DNA of 64,000 nt from a virus (IMGVR_UViG_2775507133_000001:1-64000), one strand, 5' to 3'. Shown: positions 48,941 through 58,078, numbered from the stretch's first letter. Numbers and translations: made by a program. The notes: a model not told the origin generated them from the sequence alone.

Positions 48941-49327
48941 GCGGCTTCTCAGGCGGAACATGCGATGACCGTCGTCGGCGAGTTCGAAGCCTCGCCGGCC
49001 GTACCAGGCGAGCAGGTCGTCGCTGTGCAGGCCGACCTTCCGCTGGGGCTCGCCGAAGTCGGGCACGAACGGGCAGCAGTGCAGGCCGATGCTCTGGTGC
49101 CCGAACCGGGCGATCACATCGTCCAGGAGGCGGCCGCCGATGCCCCGGCCCCGCCATTCGGGCCGGACGGCGATCTCCTCCAGCCACACGTACGTGTGGA
49201 GCTGGACGGCCACCGCGTAGCCGTGAGGAGCGCGCTCCGGGCCGATCTGGAAGTGGTACTCGTGCCCCTGGTGGACGTAGGTGACGCGGACGCCGGACTC
49301 GGCGGCGCTCGAGGGGGCTCGGGACAT
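48938..49327 (-). CDS. GNAT-family acetyltransferase
   Basis: IAVRPEWRGRGIGGRLL...WYGRRGF. Confidence 0.85.
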   Translation of the reverse strand: MSRAPSSAAESGVRVTYVHQGHEYHFQIGPERAPHGYAVAVQLHTYVWLEEIAVRPEWRGRGIGGRLLDDVIARFGHQSIGLHCCPFVPDFGEPQRKVGLHSDDLLAWYGRRGFELADDGHRMFRLRSR

Positions 49328-49354
49328 GGCGTGCTCCTTCCTGGGTGAGGGGTG

Positions 49355-50236
49355 TCAGGCGGACGCGGGCCGGAACGGGATCTGCGGCATGAGGTCGTCG
49401 TCGAGGGCGTACCAGCACCAGGCGTGCCCGCCGACCGCGTACCGGCCGTCGGTGTTCGGGTGGAGGACCTCGACGGCCTGTGTGCGGTGCTCGCCGCCGA
49501 GGCGCATCCAGGAGACGACGACCACCACGGTGTGCCGGGCGCCGTCGACGGTGCCGGTGAGGACGTGCACGGTGTCGGTGGAGCCGTGGCCGTAGCGGCG
49601 GGCCTCGCGGCGGGTGTCGGCCGCGATCCGGCGGACGGTGGGCAGGTCGAACCACGGCCGGACGTGTCCGCCGCGCTGGTCGGCGGGGTCCAGCAGAGCC
49701 GGGTAGCGGTCGCGGTCGTTCGCGCACACCAGCGCCTCGACCATCTGCACCTCGCCGGCCGCCTCGGCAGGGGCGGGCTCGATGGTGAGTGCGGCCGCGC
49801 GGGCGAGGTCGAGCGCGAAGGCCCGCCTCCGGTCACGGTCGGGCAGCTCATCGCACAGCGGCCACCAGATGTCCCAGTTGGACTCGTCCAGGTACGCGGT
49901 CCAGCCGCTCAGGTCGTGCAGGGCGTTCCCGGCGTCGGTCTGGCCGACCGCTTCGGTGAACGTGCGCTCCTCGCCGGCCTGTGTCCAGTACCGGCCGGTC
50001 GGGAACAGGGAGCCGTCCTCGCCTTCGACCAGCTCAAGGCGGGCCGCGCCGAACGGGGCGTCCGACTCGTGGCCGGTGAGGATGTCGCGGACCCCCGCGG
50101 CGGTGACGACGGCCATGGTCCGGCCGAGGTGTTCGGTGGCCCGGCGGGCGTCGTTCAGGGCCTTGTCGACGGCCGCGCCGAGGGCCTGGCTGGTGGGGAG
50201 GTGGTAGGTGGGCCCGGTGGGGCGCTGGATGGCCAT
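49355..50236 (-). CDS. Hypothetical two-domain protein
   Basis: GAGGA RBS; C-terminal domain shared with 50266-51195. Confidence 0.65.
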   Translation of the reverse strand: MAIQRPTGPTYHLPTSQALGAAVDKALNDARRATEHLGRTMAVVTAAGVRDILTGHESDAPFGAARLELVEGEDGSLFPTGRYWTQAGEERTFTEAVGQTDAGNALHDLSGWTAYLDESNWDIWWPLCDELPDRDRRRAFALDLARAAALTIEPAPAEAAGEVQMVEALVCANDRDRYPALLDPADQRGGHVRPWFDLPTVRRIAADTRREARRYGHGSTDTVHVLTGTVDGARHTVVVVVSWMRLGGEHRTQAVEVLHPNTDGRYAVGGHAWCWYALDDDLMPQIPFRPASA

Positions 50237-50265
50237 GAGGCGTCCTCGTTTCGTCGGGGTGGAGG

Positions 50266-51195
50266 TCAGTGGGTGCGGGCGGCCGGAAAGGTGATCCGGT
50301 ACAGGCGATCGGTGTCCGGGTCGGGGACGTGCTGCCACCCGGCGGCAAGGGGGCCGAGGGGGCTCGCGGTGTCGAGGGCCTGGCGCAGGATCTCGTCGGC
50401 CGTGCCGAGCGTCTCCGTATCGAACGGGCCGGTGTCGTCGGCCAGGTCGAGTTCGCGGTCCCCGGCGTACACCGCGCAGATGCGGGCGAGGTCGGCGAGG
50501 TCGACGAGCGCGGACGTCGCCTCGGGGACGAGCGTGCGCAGGGCGGCGAGGGCGCGGGCGGCAGCGACCGCGAGGGGCTCGGTGGGCTGCTTGTCGCGGG
50601 TCAGGCCGCACAGGCACTCGGTCTCGTGCCAGTCCGGGCTGTAGCCGCACACGCAGTCCCAGGTGACCACGCACCACGGCCACTCCCAGCCGCCTATGGG
50701 GTAGCGGCCGTCGTCGGCAGGGTTGATGACGTCGACCGCGCTGGAGCCCTCGTCGTGCACCCACTGCCAGCGGATGCAGATGACGGCCGCGCGGGCAGCG
50801 GCGCCTCGGCCGCCGCGCGGCTTGTTCTGCGTCTTGCGGGCCGCCCGGCGGGTCTCACGGTTCACCGGGACCGGGGTAACGGTCGGGACCTTGCCGCGCC
50901 AGCGGACGCGAACGGCGACCGCGCGCGGGGCCCGGTCGCCGTCCTCGTTGACCACGTACGTCTCGCCCGTGTCGAAGACGTGGACCGTGTCTGCGCCGCC
51001 CGCGTGGCCGTCGATGACGTGGATGGTGTCCACGCAGCTGTACCCGTAGTCGTCGGCCATGCTCAGCGTCCCCGCCGAGACTTGGCGGGCGGCGTCGAGG
51101 GTGAAGCGGGGGCACCGGCCGGTGTCGGTGGCGATGCAGTCGTAGGGGCCGATGATGCTGTCCAGGGTGACGCGCGTTGCGACCTCGTCGTACAT
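50266..51195 (-). CDS. Hypothetical two-domain protein
   Basis: GGAG RBS; PRF..D...YG...DTIHV...DGRY.IGG.W.W domain. Confidence 0.65.
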   Translation of the reverse strand: MYDEVATRVTLDSIIGPYDCIATDTGRCPRFTLDAARQVSAGTLSMADDYGYSCVDTIHVIDGHAGGADTVHVFDTGETYVVNEDGDRAPRAVAVRVRWRGKVPTVTPVPVNRETRRAARKTQNKPRGGRGAAARAAVICIRWQWVHDEGSSAVDVINPADDGRYPIGGWEWPWCVVTWDCVCGYSPDWHETECLCGLTRDKQPTEPLAVAAARALAALRTLVPEATSALVDLADLARICAVYAGDRELDLADDTGPFDTETLGTADEILRQALDTASPLGPLAAGWQHVPDPDTDRLYRITFPAARTH

Positions 51196-51272
51196 GGCGT
51201 GTGCTCCGTTCGGATGTGAGCCCGGCCGGGACCCGTGGGGGTCCCGGCCGGTGGACTGTGCAGGTCAGGCGG

Positions 51273-51452
51273 TCAGTTGTTGCTGAGCGGGTTGATGGCG
51301 GTCGTGTGGTCGTGCCCGGTCTGGGCGCGGTCGTGGGCCATGCCCCCCGGGCAGGTGGCGAGGTGTCCGGCCCAGCCCTTCGCGGGGCCGTCGGGTATCA
51401 CCCGGTACACGAAGCAGCGCTGGTTGCAGAACTTGCAGTAGGCGCCGGCCAC
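51273..51452 (-). CDS. Small Cys/His-rich protein
   Basis: AAGGAG RBS; YCKFC..RC...HLATC. Confidence 0.6.
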   Translation of the reverse strand: MAGAYCKFCNQRCFVYRVIPDGPAKGWAGHLATCPGGMAHDRAQTGHDHTTAINPLSNN

Positions 51453-51469
51453 GGCGGTCTCCTTTCGGG

Positions 51470-51880
51470 TCAGAACAGGCGGGGCGGGGTGGTGGGCGGG
51501 AGGGCGCCGAGTTCGGGGACTTCCTCGCCGGTGTTCTCCAGGTACCAGGCGGCGAACATCGTGCGGTGGCACCAGTTCTCCGGCTTGTTCAGCCGGTCGA
51601 AGCAGAGCAGGACCAGGCGGTCGGCGCCGGCGCGGGCGGCGAGGCCGGCCAGCTCCGTGTAGATCCGGTCGATGCCCTGGCCGTTGAGGAGCCGCCGGTA
51701 GTGGAACTCGTACGCGTCGCGCGGCAGGTTCTGCGCGAGCAGCTGCCGGGTCGGCGTGATGAGGCGTGCGTGCCCGGCGAGCTGGTAGCCGAGGGCGAAG
51801 CGCGGTGCGCCGGCCGTCGTGCGGATCGGTGCACCCATGCCTGGCGTGAACTCCTGGTAGGTGCAGGTGGCGAGTTGCAT
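51470..51880 (-). CDS. DUF488-like protein
   Basis: LVLLCFD......CHR..A.W signature. Confidence 0.75.
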   Translation of the reverse strand: MQLATCTYQEFTPGMGAPIRTTAGAPRFALGYQLAGHARLITPTRQLLAQNLPRDAYEFHYRRLLNGQGIDRIYTELAGLAARAGADRLVLLCFDRLNKPENWCHRTMFAAWYLENTGEEVPELGALPPTTPPRLF

Positions 51881-51900
51881 TCGGTCCCTTTCGGGGTGGT

Positions 51901-51994
51901 GATTGGTACTGCCTTCATTCTTCCCTACTCGGCTAAAGCTAGCCAGCTTATCCGAGCCGACTAGGTAAAGAAGGTTCAAAGATGTGGCGGGTCA
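51901..51994 (-). promoter_or_regulatory. Early promoter/operator repeat R3 (diverged)
   Basis: Diverged match with the same spacing. Confidence 0.7.
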
Positions 51995-52819
51995 GGTGGC
52001 GGCGAACAGGTCGAGCTGGCGGGGCTGGCGCTGGTGCCATCCGTGGGTGGGCAGCGGCCCGCCGGCCGCCGCGTCGAGGACCAGGAGTACGGTGCGCACG
52101 CTCGTCCCCGAGGGCGCGAACGCGTCGTCGGGCAGCGGCGCCCAGGTGCCCTCCGCGAGGGAGACCAGCTCGCGGAACTCGGTGGTCGCGCGGTCGCTGT
52201 GCCACATCACCGACTCGGGCAGGACCGCGACGAGCGTCCCGCCGTCGTCGAGGAACCCGAGCGCGTGCCGGACGTGCTGCACGGCCGCCGAGAACGGCGG
52301 GTTCATCAGCACCCTGTGGTAGCCGTGCGGGCAGTCGAGCGGGTCGAGGTCGAGGAAGTCGGCGTGCACCACGCGGCGCGCGGCGCCCTGTCCGTTGAGG
52401 ACGCGGATGCGGCGCTCGTCGATCTCCACGCAGTCGACGACGCCGCCGCTCTCGGCCGCCGGCCCGGCGATCGAGCCGGTCCCCGCCGAGGGCTCCAGCA
52501 CGCTCATGCCGTCGCGGACACCCGCGTGGGCGAGCATCTGGTCGACGACGCTCTCCGGGGTCGGGTACCAGCCCTGCTCGAAGCGGCTCGGGAACTCGCG
52601 GGTCGCCAGGCACGCGCGCATGAACGCCTCGACCGGGAACGGGAAGACGTGCGCGCGGACCTTCTTGCGGCCGTCCCACCGGCCGCCGATCTCGGTGAGC
52701 ACCTTGGCCACCTGCTCGTACAGGGGCCGGTCCAGCTCGAACGGGATCTGCACGCGGTCGCCGGCGATGACGGTGCGGGGGTCGGCGAGGACGTCGTGGA
52801 CGCCGCTTGGGATCTCCAT
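51992..52819 (-). CDS. SAM-dependent N6-adenine-type methyltransferase
   Basis: YPTP, VLEPSAGTG, VEID, MNPPF; C-terminal QLDLF. Confidence 0.85.
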   Translation of the reverse strand: MEIPSGVHDVLADPRTVIAGDRVQIPFELDRPLYEQVAKVLTEIGGRWDGRKKVRAHVFPFPVEAFMRACLATREFPSRFEQGWYPTPESVVDQMLAHAGVRDGMSVLEPSAGTGSIAGPAAESGGVVDCVEIDERRIRVLNGQGAARRVVHADFLDLDPLDCPHGYHRVLMNPPFSAAVQHVRHALGFLDDGGTLVAVLPESVMWHSDRATTEFRELVSLAEGTWAPLPDDAFAPSGTSVRTVLLVLDAAAGGPLPTHGWHQRQPRQLDLFAAT

Positions 52820-52963
52820 TGCGGTCCTTCCTGAGGGAGTTGGGGTGGGGCTGCCTGAACGGGGCTGAGACGGGCGTGTGGTGGCCCGCTGTGGGCCGCT
52901 GTGACCGCCTCGGAGCCCCGTTCAGGGGTTGGGGGGTTCTGGCCCCCCTGAACGGGGCTTAGG

Positions 52964-53263
52964 TCAGTAGAGGCGGCCGGTGATGTCGGCGACGGCGCGG
53001 GCGACGGTGTCGAGGTCGTCGGCCGGGGTGACCGGCAGCGGGAGGGCGTCGCCGAGCCGGTCGTTGCGGACGAACAGCTCGCCGGTGCCGTTCACGCCGA
53101 TCGTGAACGGCGTGTTGTCCCACGCCCACAGGTGGCCGGTCGTGCCCCACGGGCCGGACGCGGCCCGCCACTGGTCTCCGACGTGGTCCAGGGCGGCCCG
53201 GGCGACGTCGGCCAGGGTGAACGCGGGGGCGGTCTGCTCGTGGTAGCTGACGGGCTTCTGCAT
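52964..53263 (-). CDS. Hypothetical protein
   Basis: AAGGAG RBS. Confidence 0.6.
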   Translation of the reverse strand: MQKPVSYHEQTAPAFTLADVARAALDHVGDQWRAASGPWGTTGHLWAWDNTPFTIGVNGTGELFVRNDRLGDALPLPVTPADDLDTVARAVADITGRLY

Positions 53264-53292
53264 GGCTGGTGCTCCTTGGCTGATGGAAGGGG

Positions 53293-53323
53293 GGCGCCCC
53301 GCCCGCTGCCTGGGCGGGGCGCC
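53293..53323 (-). repeat. AGGCAGC-loop hairpin copy 5 (different stem sequence)
   Basis: GGCGCCCCGCCC-AGGCAGC-GGGCGGGGCGCC. Confidence 0.75.
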
Positions 53324-53337
53324 GGTGAACTCGGGGG

Positions 53338-54546
53338 TCAGGCCGCGGCCTCGGCCAGGGCCTCGGCGGGGACGTCGGCGGGGGCCTCGGCGTCCGGGTT
53401 GACGGTCAGTCCGGAGGCGCGGACCTCGGCGACCATCTCCGCCCGGCGCAGGTTCGCCATGGCCTTGGTCGCGATGTCCTGGAGGTGCTTGATCCGCAGC
53501 CGGTGGCCGCCGATGCCGCCGGGCGTCCCGGCGAGCAGCAGGGCCAGCTCCTCCGGGTCGGTCGCGGCGAGCAGGGAGAGGATCTCCCCGGCCTGGCCCA
53601 GCTTGTCGATCTTGCCGGTGAGCTTCGCGCGGTCGGCGCTGATCCGCTCGCGCTCCTCCTCGGGCAGGTCGAGGGAGCCCGGCAGGGCGCCCTGCCCGCT
53701 GTCCTTGCGGGCGGCCGCGGCCTCGTCGGACAGGACGAAGAACGAGCCTTGCTCCTCCTGGCGCTTCTCCTCCGCGTGGAGTTCCTGCGCGAAGATCTGC
53801 GCGTCCCGGGCCGACTTGAAGTCGCCCCGGACGTACCGGGCGAGGAACCGCACCTGGTTGGCGTTGGAGAGCTTGCCGACGTACCAGGCGGTGCCGACGG
53901 GCAGCTGGCCCTTGGAGAGGGCCTCGCGCGCCTCCGGGCAGAGGGCGAGCAGGTCGATGCGCCACTGGACGTACGGGGCGCTCTTGCCGACCAGCTCGGC
54001 GATCTCGTCGATCTCGTAGCCGTTCTCGGCGAGCTTGTGGAACGCCTTGGCCTCCTCGACCGGGGTCATGTCGGCGCGGCCGACGTTCTCGGCGACGGCC
54101 ATGGCGAACGTGTGGCGGCTCTCCCCGACGCCGTGCATGACGACGGCCTTCATCGTGTCGAGGCCGGCCATCTGGGCGGCCCGCCAGCGGCGCTCGCCCA
54201 TGATCAGCGTGTACCGCTTGGTGTCCTCGATGTACCGGACGGTGACCGGCTGGAGCTGGCCGAGCTTGGCCATGGACGCGGCCAGCTCCTTGAGCGAGGT
54301 CTCGTCGAAGTGCTCGCGGGGCTGGCCCGGGTCGCGGTCGATCTTCGAGGTCGGGATGGTGCGGAGCTGGGTCCGCGTCCCGTCGCCGGCCGCCTTGGGC
54401 GCCGGGGTCTTCTTCGCGGGGGCCGCCTTGGGGGCCGGGGCCTTCCGGGCGGCCGCCTTCCGGGGCGCCGCCGGCTTGCGCGCGGGCGTCTTCTTCGCCT
54501 CGGGCGCGGTCTCGGTGGTGGTGGCCTCGGCGGTGGTGGCGGTCAT
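53338..54546 (-). CDS. parB: ParB/RepB/Spo0J-family partition protein with histone-like PAKK N-terminus
   Basis: QPREHF...LQPVTVR...GERRWRA...EN..R.DM..VEEA plus HTH. Confidence 0.85.
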   Translation of the reverse strand: MTATTAEATTTETAPEAKKTPARKPAAPRKAAARKAPAPKAAPAKKTPAPKAAGDGTRTQLRTIPTSKIDRDPGQPREHFDETSLKELAASMAKLGQLQPVTVRYIEDTKRYTLIMGERRWRAAQMAGLDTMKAVVMHGVGESRHTFAMAVAENVGRADMTPVEEAKAFHKLAENGYEIDEIAELVGKSAPYVQWRIDLLALCPEAREALSKGQLPVGTAWYVGKLSNANQVRFLARYVRGDFKSARDAQIFAQELHAEEKRQEEQGSFFVLSDEAAAARKDSGQGALPGSLDLPEEERERISADRAKLTGKIDKLGQAGEILSLLAATDPEELALLLAGTPGGIGGHRLRIKHLQDIATKAMANLRRAEMVAEVRASGLTVNPDAEAPADVPAEALAEAAA

Positions 54547-54576
54547 GGCGTGTCCCTTCGCTGGCTGGTTGGGGTG

Positions 54577-54671
54577 GTTTTGAACTACTTTCATCCTGCC
54601 CGAATTGGCTTTGCCTAGCCAGTTTTAACAAGCTGATTCGGTAAAGGAACTTCTAAGAAAACCGCAGGTCA
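54577..54671 (-). promoter_or_regulatory. Early promoter/operator repeat R4
   Basis: TGACCTGCGGTTTTCTTAGAAGTTCCTTTACCGAATCAGCTTGTTAAAACTGGCTAGGCAAAGCCAATTCGGGCAGGATGAAAGTAGTTCAAAAC. Confidence 0.85.
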
Positions 54672-54914
54672 GAGGCGGTCCCCCTGCCCCGCGACGGCCG
54701 CCCAGTGGCCGATCTCGTCGGTCAGCCGCGCGTGGTCCGCGTCGAGCTGCGCCAGAGCCTCCGCAAGGACCTCGGGCGCGACGGCCACACTCGTGCCGCC
54801 GACCTGCACAGCCGCGCACACGATCGCTTCCTGCTGCCGCTCGACCAGCCGCCGGTCGGCCTCCAGCCGCCCGCTCCGCTCCCGCGCGCGGGCCCGCATC
54901 GTGGTGTCCTGCAT
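54669..54914 (-). CDS. Hypothetical protein
   Basis: GAGGAG RBS; stop lies inside R4. Confidence 0.6.
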   Translation of the reverse strand: MQDTTMRARARERSGRLEADRRLVERQQEAIVCAAVQVGGTSVAVAPEVLAEALAQLDADHARLTDEIGHWAAVAGQGDRL

Positions 54915-54983
54915 CGCCGTCTCCTCGCTCTCCGTGGGGTCCGACCAGGCCGCCGGGGCGCTCGAGGGCGCCCGGGCGCCGGG

Positions 54984-55178
54984 TCAGGCGGCCGGGGCTC
55001 CGACCGGCCCTGCCTCGACGTCGAAGCCGAGCGCGGTGAACCAGGCGGTCAGGGCGTCGACGACGTCGCCGCCGTTCCAGTCCTCGCCGCTGGCGATGGT
55101 CGTCTTGATCCCGTCGAACAGGTCGACGATGGCCTGCCCGGCGTCGGTGGTGATGTCGAAGTTCAGCGCATGCGCCAT
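54984..55178 (-). CDS. Small acidic protein
   Basis: AAGGA RBS; 64 aa, Asp-rich. Confidence 0.6.
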   Translation of the reverse strand: MAHALNFDITTDAGQAIVDLFDGIKTTIASGEDWNGGDVVDALTAWFTALGFDVEAGPVGAPAA

Positions 55179-55248
55179 GGTGGGTTCCTTCCTTCGTGCG
55201 GGGTCCGGCCCGGGCGGGCGCCGGGCCGGTGGGGGCGGCCCGGGCGGG

Positions 55249-55929
55249 TCAGGCGGCGAGGACCGCGTCGCCGGCCGGGGTGAGGCTGACCGGCTGGCCC
55301 TCGTAGAGCGAGCGGGAGTTGTCGCGCACGGCCAGGCCCTCGTCGATGGCCCACTCGACCATGTCCTTGCGGGGCTTCTCGCCGCGCTCGGTGGACACGC
55401 GGGTCTGGCCGACGCGCAGCTCCTGGAGCTTCACGCCGTTGTCGCGGATGGCCTCCAGGGTGCGCCGCTGAGCGGGGGTCACCTTCCGGGCGGGCGCGGG
55501 CGCCGGGTCGGGCTCGGGCTCGGGCTCGCCGGCCGGGGCGGGCTGCGCGGCTGCCGCCCGCGCGGCTTCCACGAGGCCCTGGGTGTCGGTCAGGAAGTGC
55601 TGGGCGGCCTCCAGGTGGAAGCGCTCGTTCTCGTTGTGGATCTGGCACGTGCTGGAGGACATGCCGCGGGTGAGCAGCCGGTGCGTGAGGCGCTTGCGCA
55701 TGTCGTCCAGGGCCTCGACCAGGCCGGCCTTCTCGGCGATCTCCAGGACGCCCAGGTACGGGCTGGCGTTCGCCGCCTTCTGCATCGCGTCGCGGACCAG
55801 GCTGCTGTCCACGGCCCGGGTGGGGTCGGTCAGCGCTTCGGCCAGCCGGGCGCGGGCGGCCACGTCCATGCGGAGCCGGTGGTCGGCGAGGCCGTCGAAG
55901 ATGTCTGCGAGGTCAAAGGTGGCGGTCAT
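55249..55929 (-). CDS. Hypothetical protein with C-terminal wHTH-like segment
   Basis: GGGAG RBS; TPAQRRTLEAI...LTPAG. Confidence 0.65.
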   Translation of the reverse strand: MTATFDLADIFDGLADHRLRMDVAARARLAEALTDPTRAVDSSLVRDAMQKAANASPYLGVLEIAEKAGLVEALDDMRKRLTHRLLTRGMSSSTCQIHNENERFHLEAAQHFLTDTQGLVEAARAAAAQPAPAGEPEPEPDPAPAPARKVTPAQRRTLEAIRDNGVKLQELRVGQTRVSTERGEKPRKDMVEWAIDEGLAVRDNSRSLYEGQPVSLTPAGDAVLAA

Positions 55930-55959
55930 GTCGCTCTCCCATGCTGGCCGGGTTGGTGT

Positions 55960-56054
55960 GTTTTGAACTACTTTCATCCTGCCCGAATCGGTTTGCTATA
56001 TCCAGTTTTAACAAGCCGATTCGGTAAAGGATCTTCTAAGAAAACCGCAGGTCA
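55960..56054 (-). promoter_or_regulatory. Early promoter/operator repeat R5
   Basis: Near-identical to R4. Confidence 0.85.
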
Positions 56055-56828
56055 GGCCGCGATGGCGCCCTGCTCGGGGGCCTCGGCCGGGCGGCGCTGG
56101 CCGTCCCGGCGGGCCTGCTGGGCGGCGAACAGGGCGGCCTCGCGCGGGGCGTGGCAGGAGGGGCACAGCTCCTCGAAGCGCGGCTGGCCCGGCTGCCGCC
56201 GCCGGCCGTGGTCGAGGAGGCGGGTCCGCTCGTGCCGGGGGGCGTGGCACTCGGTGTCGGTGCAGGCGGCCGTGCGGGGCTCCTGGTAGCCGATGCCCCG
56301 GTGGTAGTGCGCCCGCCAGGCCTCGAAGCTCTCAGGGGCGAAGTACCCGTCGGTGTCGGCCAGGCCGTCGGAGACGTAGCGCCCGTACAGGGCGCGCTCG
56401 GCGTCCTCGTCGCACACGTGCGCGGCCGGGCGGAACGCTTCCTTCGTGTAGTGGTCGACGTCGGGGCTGGCGGGCAGGTCGCCGGGGGCGGGCCGGTCCG
56501 GGTGGCGGAGGTCGTGCGCGCCGGTCATGGCCAGGTAGTAGTCGTACTCGCTCACCCGCTCGGCCGCACCCAGGCAGTCGTCGCAGATCTGCTCGTCCTC
56601 GCCGGCCATCAGGGCGGGCTTGATGCCGCACTCGGTGCAGGGCGCGTACTTGTTGTCGAACGGGGAGTGGTACGCGCACATGTGCTTGCCCTTGTACGTG
56701 TGGATGGCGTAGGCGGCCTCGCCGTCGGCGCTGGCGCAGCCGCGCTGCCAGGTGTCGCCCTTGCAGAGGATGTCGTCGGCGGGGAAGCGCAGGCCGGCCG
56801 TGATGTAGGGGAGGAGGTTGGCGCTCAC
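56052..56828 (-). CDS. Cys-rich hypothetical protein (multiple CxxC)
   Basis: CTEC...CDDC, C...C...CPSC; first gene after R6. Confidence 0.65.
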   Translation of the reverse strand: MSANLLPYITAGLRFPADDILCKGDTWQRGCASADGEAAYAIHTYKGKHMCAYHSPFDNKYAPCTECGIKPALMAGEDEQICDDCLGAAERVSEYDYYLAMTGAHDLRHPDRPAPGDLPASPDVDHYTKEAFRPAAHVCDEDAERALYGRYVSDGLADTDGYFAPESFEAWRAHYHRGIGYQEPRTAACTDTECHAPRHERTRLLDHGRRRQPGQPRFEELCPSCHAPREAALFAAQQARRDGQRRPAEAPEQGAIAA

Positions 56829-56857
56829 GCGTGGGTCCCTTCTGTGCGGGGTGGGGT

Positions 56858-56952
56858 GGTTTGATCTACTTCCATCCTTCCCGAATCGGCTCGTGCTAGC
56901 CAGTTTTAACGAGCCGATTCGGTAAAGGAACTTCTAAGAAAACCGCAGGTCA
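56858..56952 (-). promoter_or_regulatory. Early promoter/operator repeat R6
   Basis: Contains the perfect inverted repeat CCGAATCGGCTCGT/ACGAGCCGATTCGG. Confidence 0.85.
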
Positions 56953-58011
56953 GGCGGCCTTCACCCCCGGGTTGACGAGCTGCTCGACCTGGGCGATCGC
57001 GGAGGCCATCGCCATTGTCGAGGCTGCCCGGTCGCGGTGTTCGACCATGATCCGCCGGTGCTCGACGGCCCGCTGCCACATGCTGCCCTCGGCGAGCGTG
57101 TCGCCGCAGGCGACGAGCGCCTTCGGGCCCAGGCCCCAGACGATGACGTTGACCGCGCACCCGGCCGCGGCGAGCGGGTCGATCTCCTGGGCGAACCACG
57201 TGAACGCTGCGGGGTCGAAGCCCATGCCGCGCAGGTGCTGGGCGGCCGACCGGAACATGCCGCCGGTGCCCGCGCACGGGTCGGCGAGCGAGTAGCCCTC
57301 GTGGATCACGCCGGGGTCGTTGCCGATGATCTGGGCGGCCATCATGTCGCACACCTCCGGGGGCGTGTGGTACTCCCCCAGGCCCTGCCGGGCGGTGTTG
57401 TGGCGCAGCGCGGTCACCGTCCACGACATGAGGTCGATGTAGCTGTTCGCCTCGGGATCCTCGTGACCGGTGTGGTCGAGGGCGTGCGCGTCGAGGGCCG
57501 CGTGGAACGTGGCGCGGATCGCGGCCAGCTCGTGCTTGGTGTGGTCATCGCGGTCCGCCCACTCGAACAGTACCCGCGCGGTGTCGATCAGGTCGGGGCG
57601 GCGCATCCACCAGTACGCGGAGACCTCGCGGACGCACGCGAGGATCTGCTGGGCGTCCAGGCCCCGGAAGAAGTCGGCGAGGGTGCGGGGGGCGCCCTTG
57701 AGCGGCCACAGGGCGAGAGTCGCGACGACGCCGAGGGGGATCTCCATGCGGTTGCCGCCGTGCGCGTGGTGCCAGGCGGTGGCCACGGCTTCGCCGAACT
57801 CCGCGCCGCCGGTGGGGCGGGAGACGAACTCGGGCCGCCGCCGTCCGCCGGCCGCGACCGGGGCCGGGGCGGGCGCCGGGGCGGGGGCGGGCGCCGGGGG
57901 CTTGGCCGGGCTGGCGTACTGGCCCGCGGTCGGCTTGGGCAGGGTGATCGTCGTCTCGGGCTTCGGGGCTTCGGGCTCGCCGAGGTCGGCGAACAGGTCG
58001 AGCTGCTGCAT
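56950..58011 (-). CDS. N-6 DNA-methylase-like (HsdM-like) protein lacking motif IV
   Basis: GEYHTP..V, LADPCAGTGGM, QEID, CGDTL, then no NPPY/F; starts MQQLDLF. Confidence 0.75.
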   Translation of the reverse strand: MQQLDLFADLGEPEAPKPETTITLPKPTAGQYASPAKPPAPAPAPAPAPAPVAAGGRRRPEFVSRPTGGAEFGEAVATAWHHAHGGNRMEIPLGVVATLALWPLKGAPRTLADFFRGLDAQQILACVREVSAYWWMRRPDLIDTARVLFEWADRDDHTKHELAAIRATFHAALDAHALDHTGHEDPEANSYIDLMSWTVTALRHNTARQGLGEYHTPPEVCDMMAAQIIGNDPGVIHEGYSLADPCAGTGGMFRSAAQHLRGMGFDPAAFTWFAQEIDPLAAAGCAVNVIVWGLGPKALVACGDTLAEGSMWQRAVEHRRIMVEHRDRAASTMAMASAIAQVEQLVNPGVKAA

Positions 58012-58078
58012 CGGTCCTCCGTTCAGGCATGGGTCCGGCCCGGCACCCTCTCGGGTGCCGGGCCGGTGGGGGCGGGGG

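Noticed and set aside
54547-54631. MKVVQN/MLKLARQ N-terminal extensions in the ORF track (also near 45184, 55977, 58397, 58434, 59684)
   Set aside because: They arise from the repeat itself; frame relative to the downstream gene is inconsistent and better RBS-linked starts lie downstream
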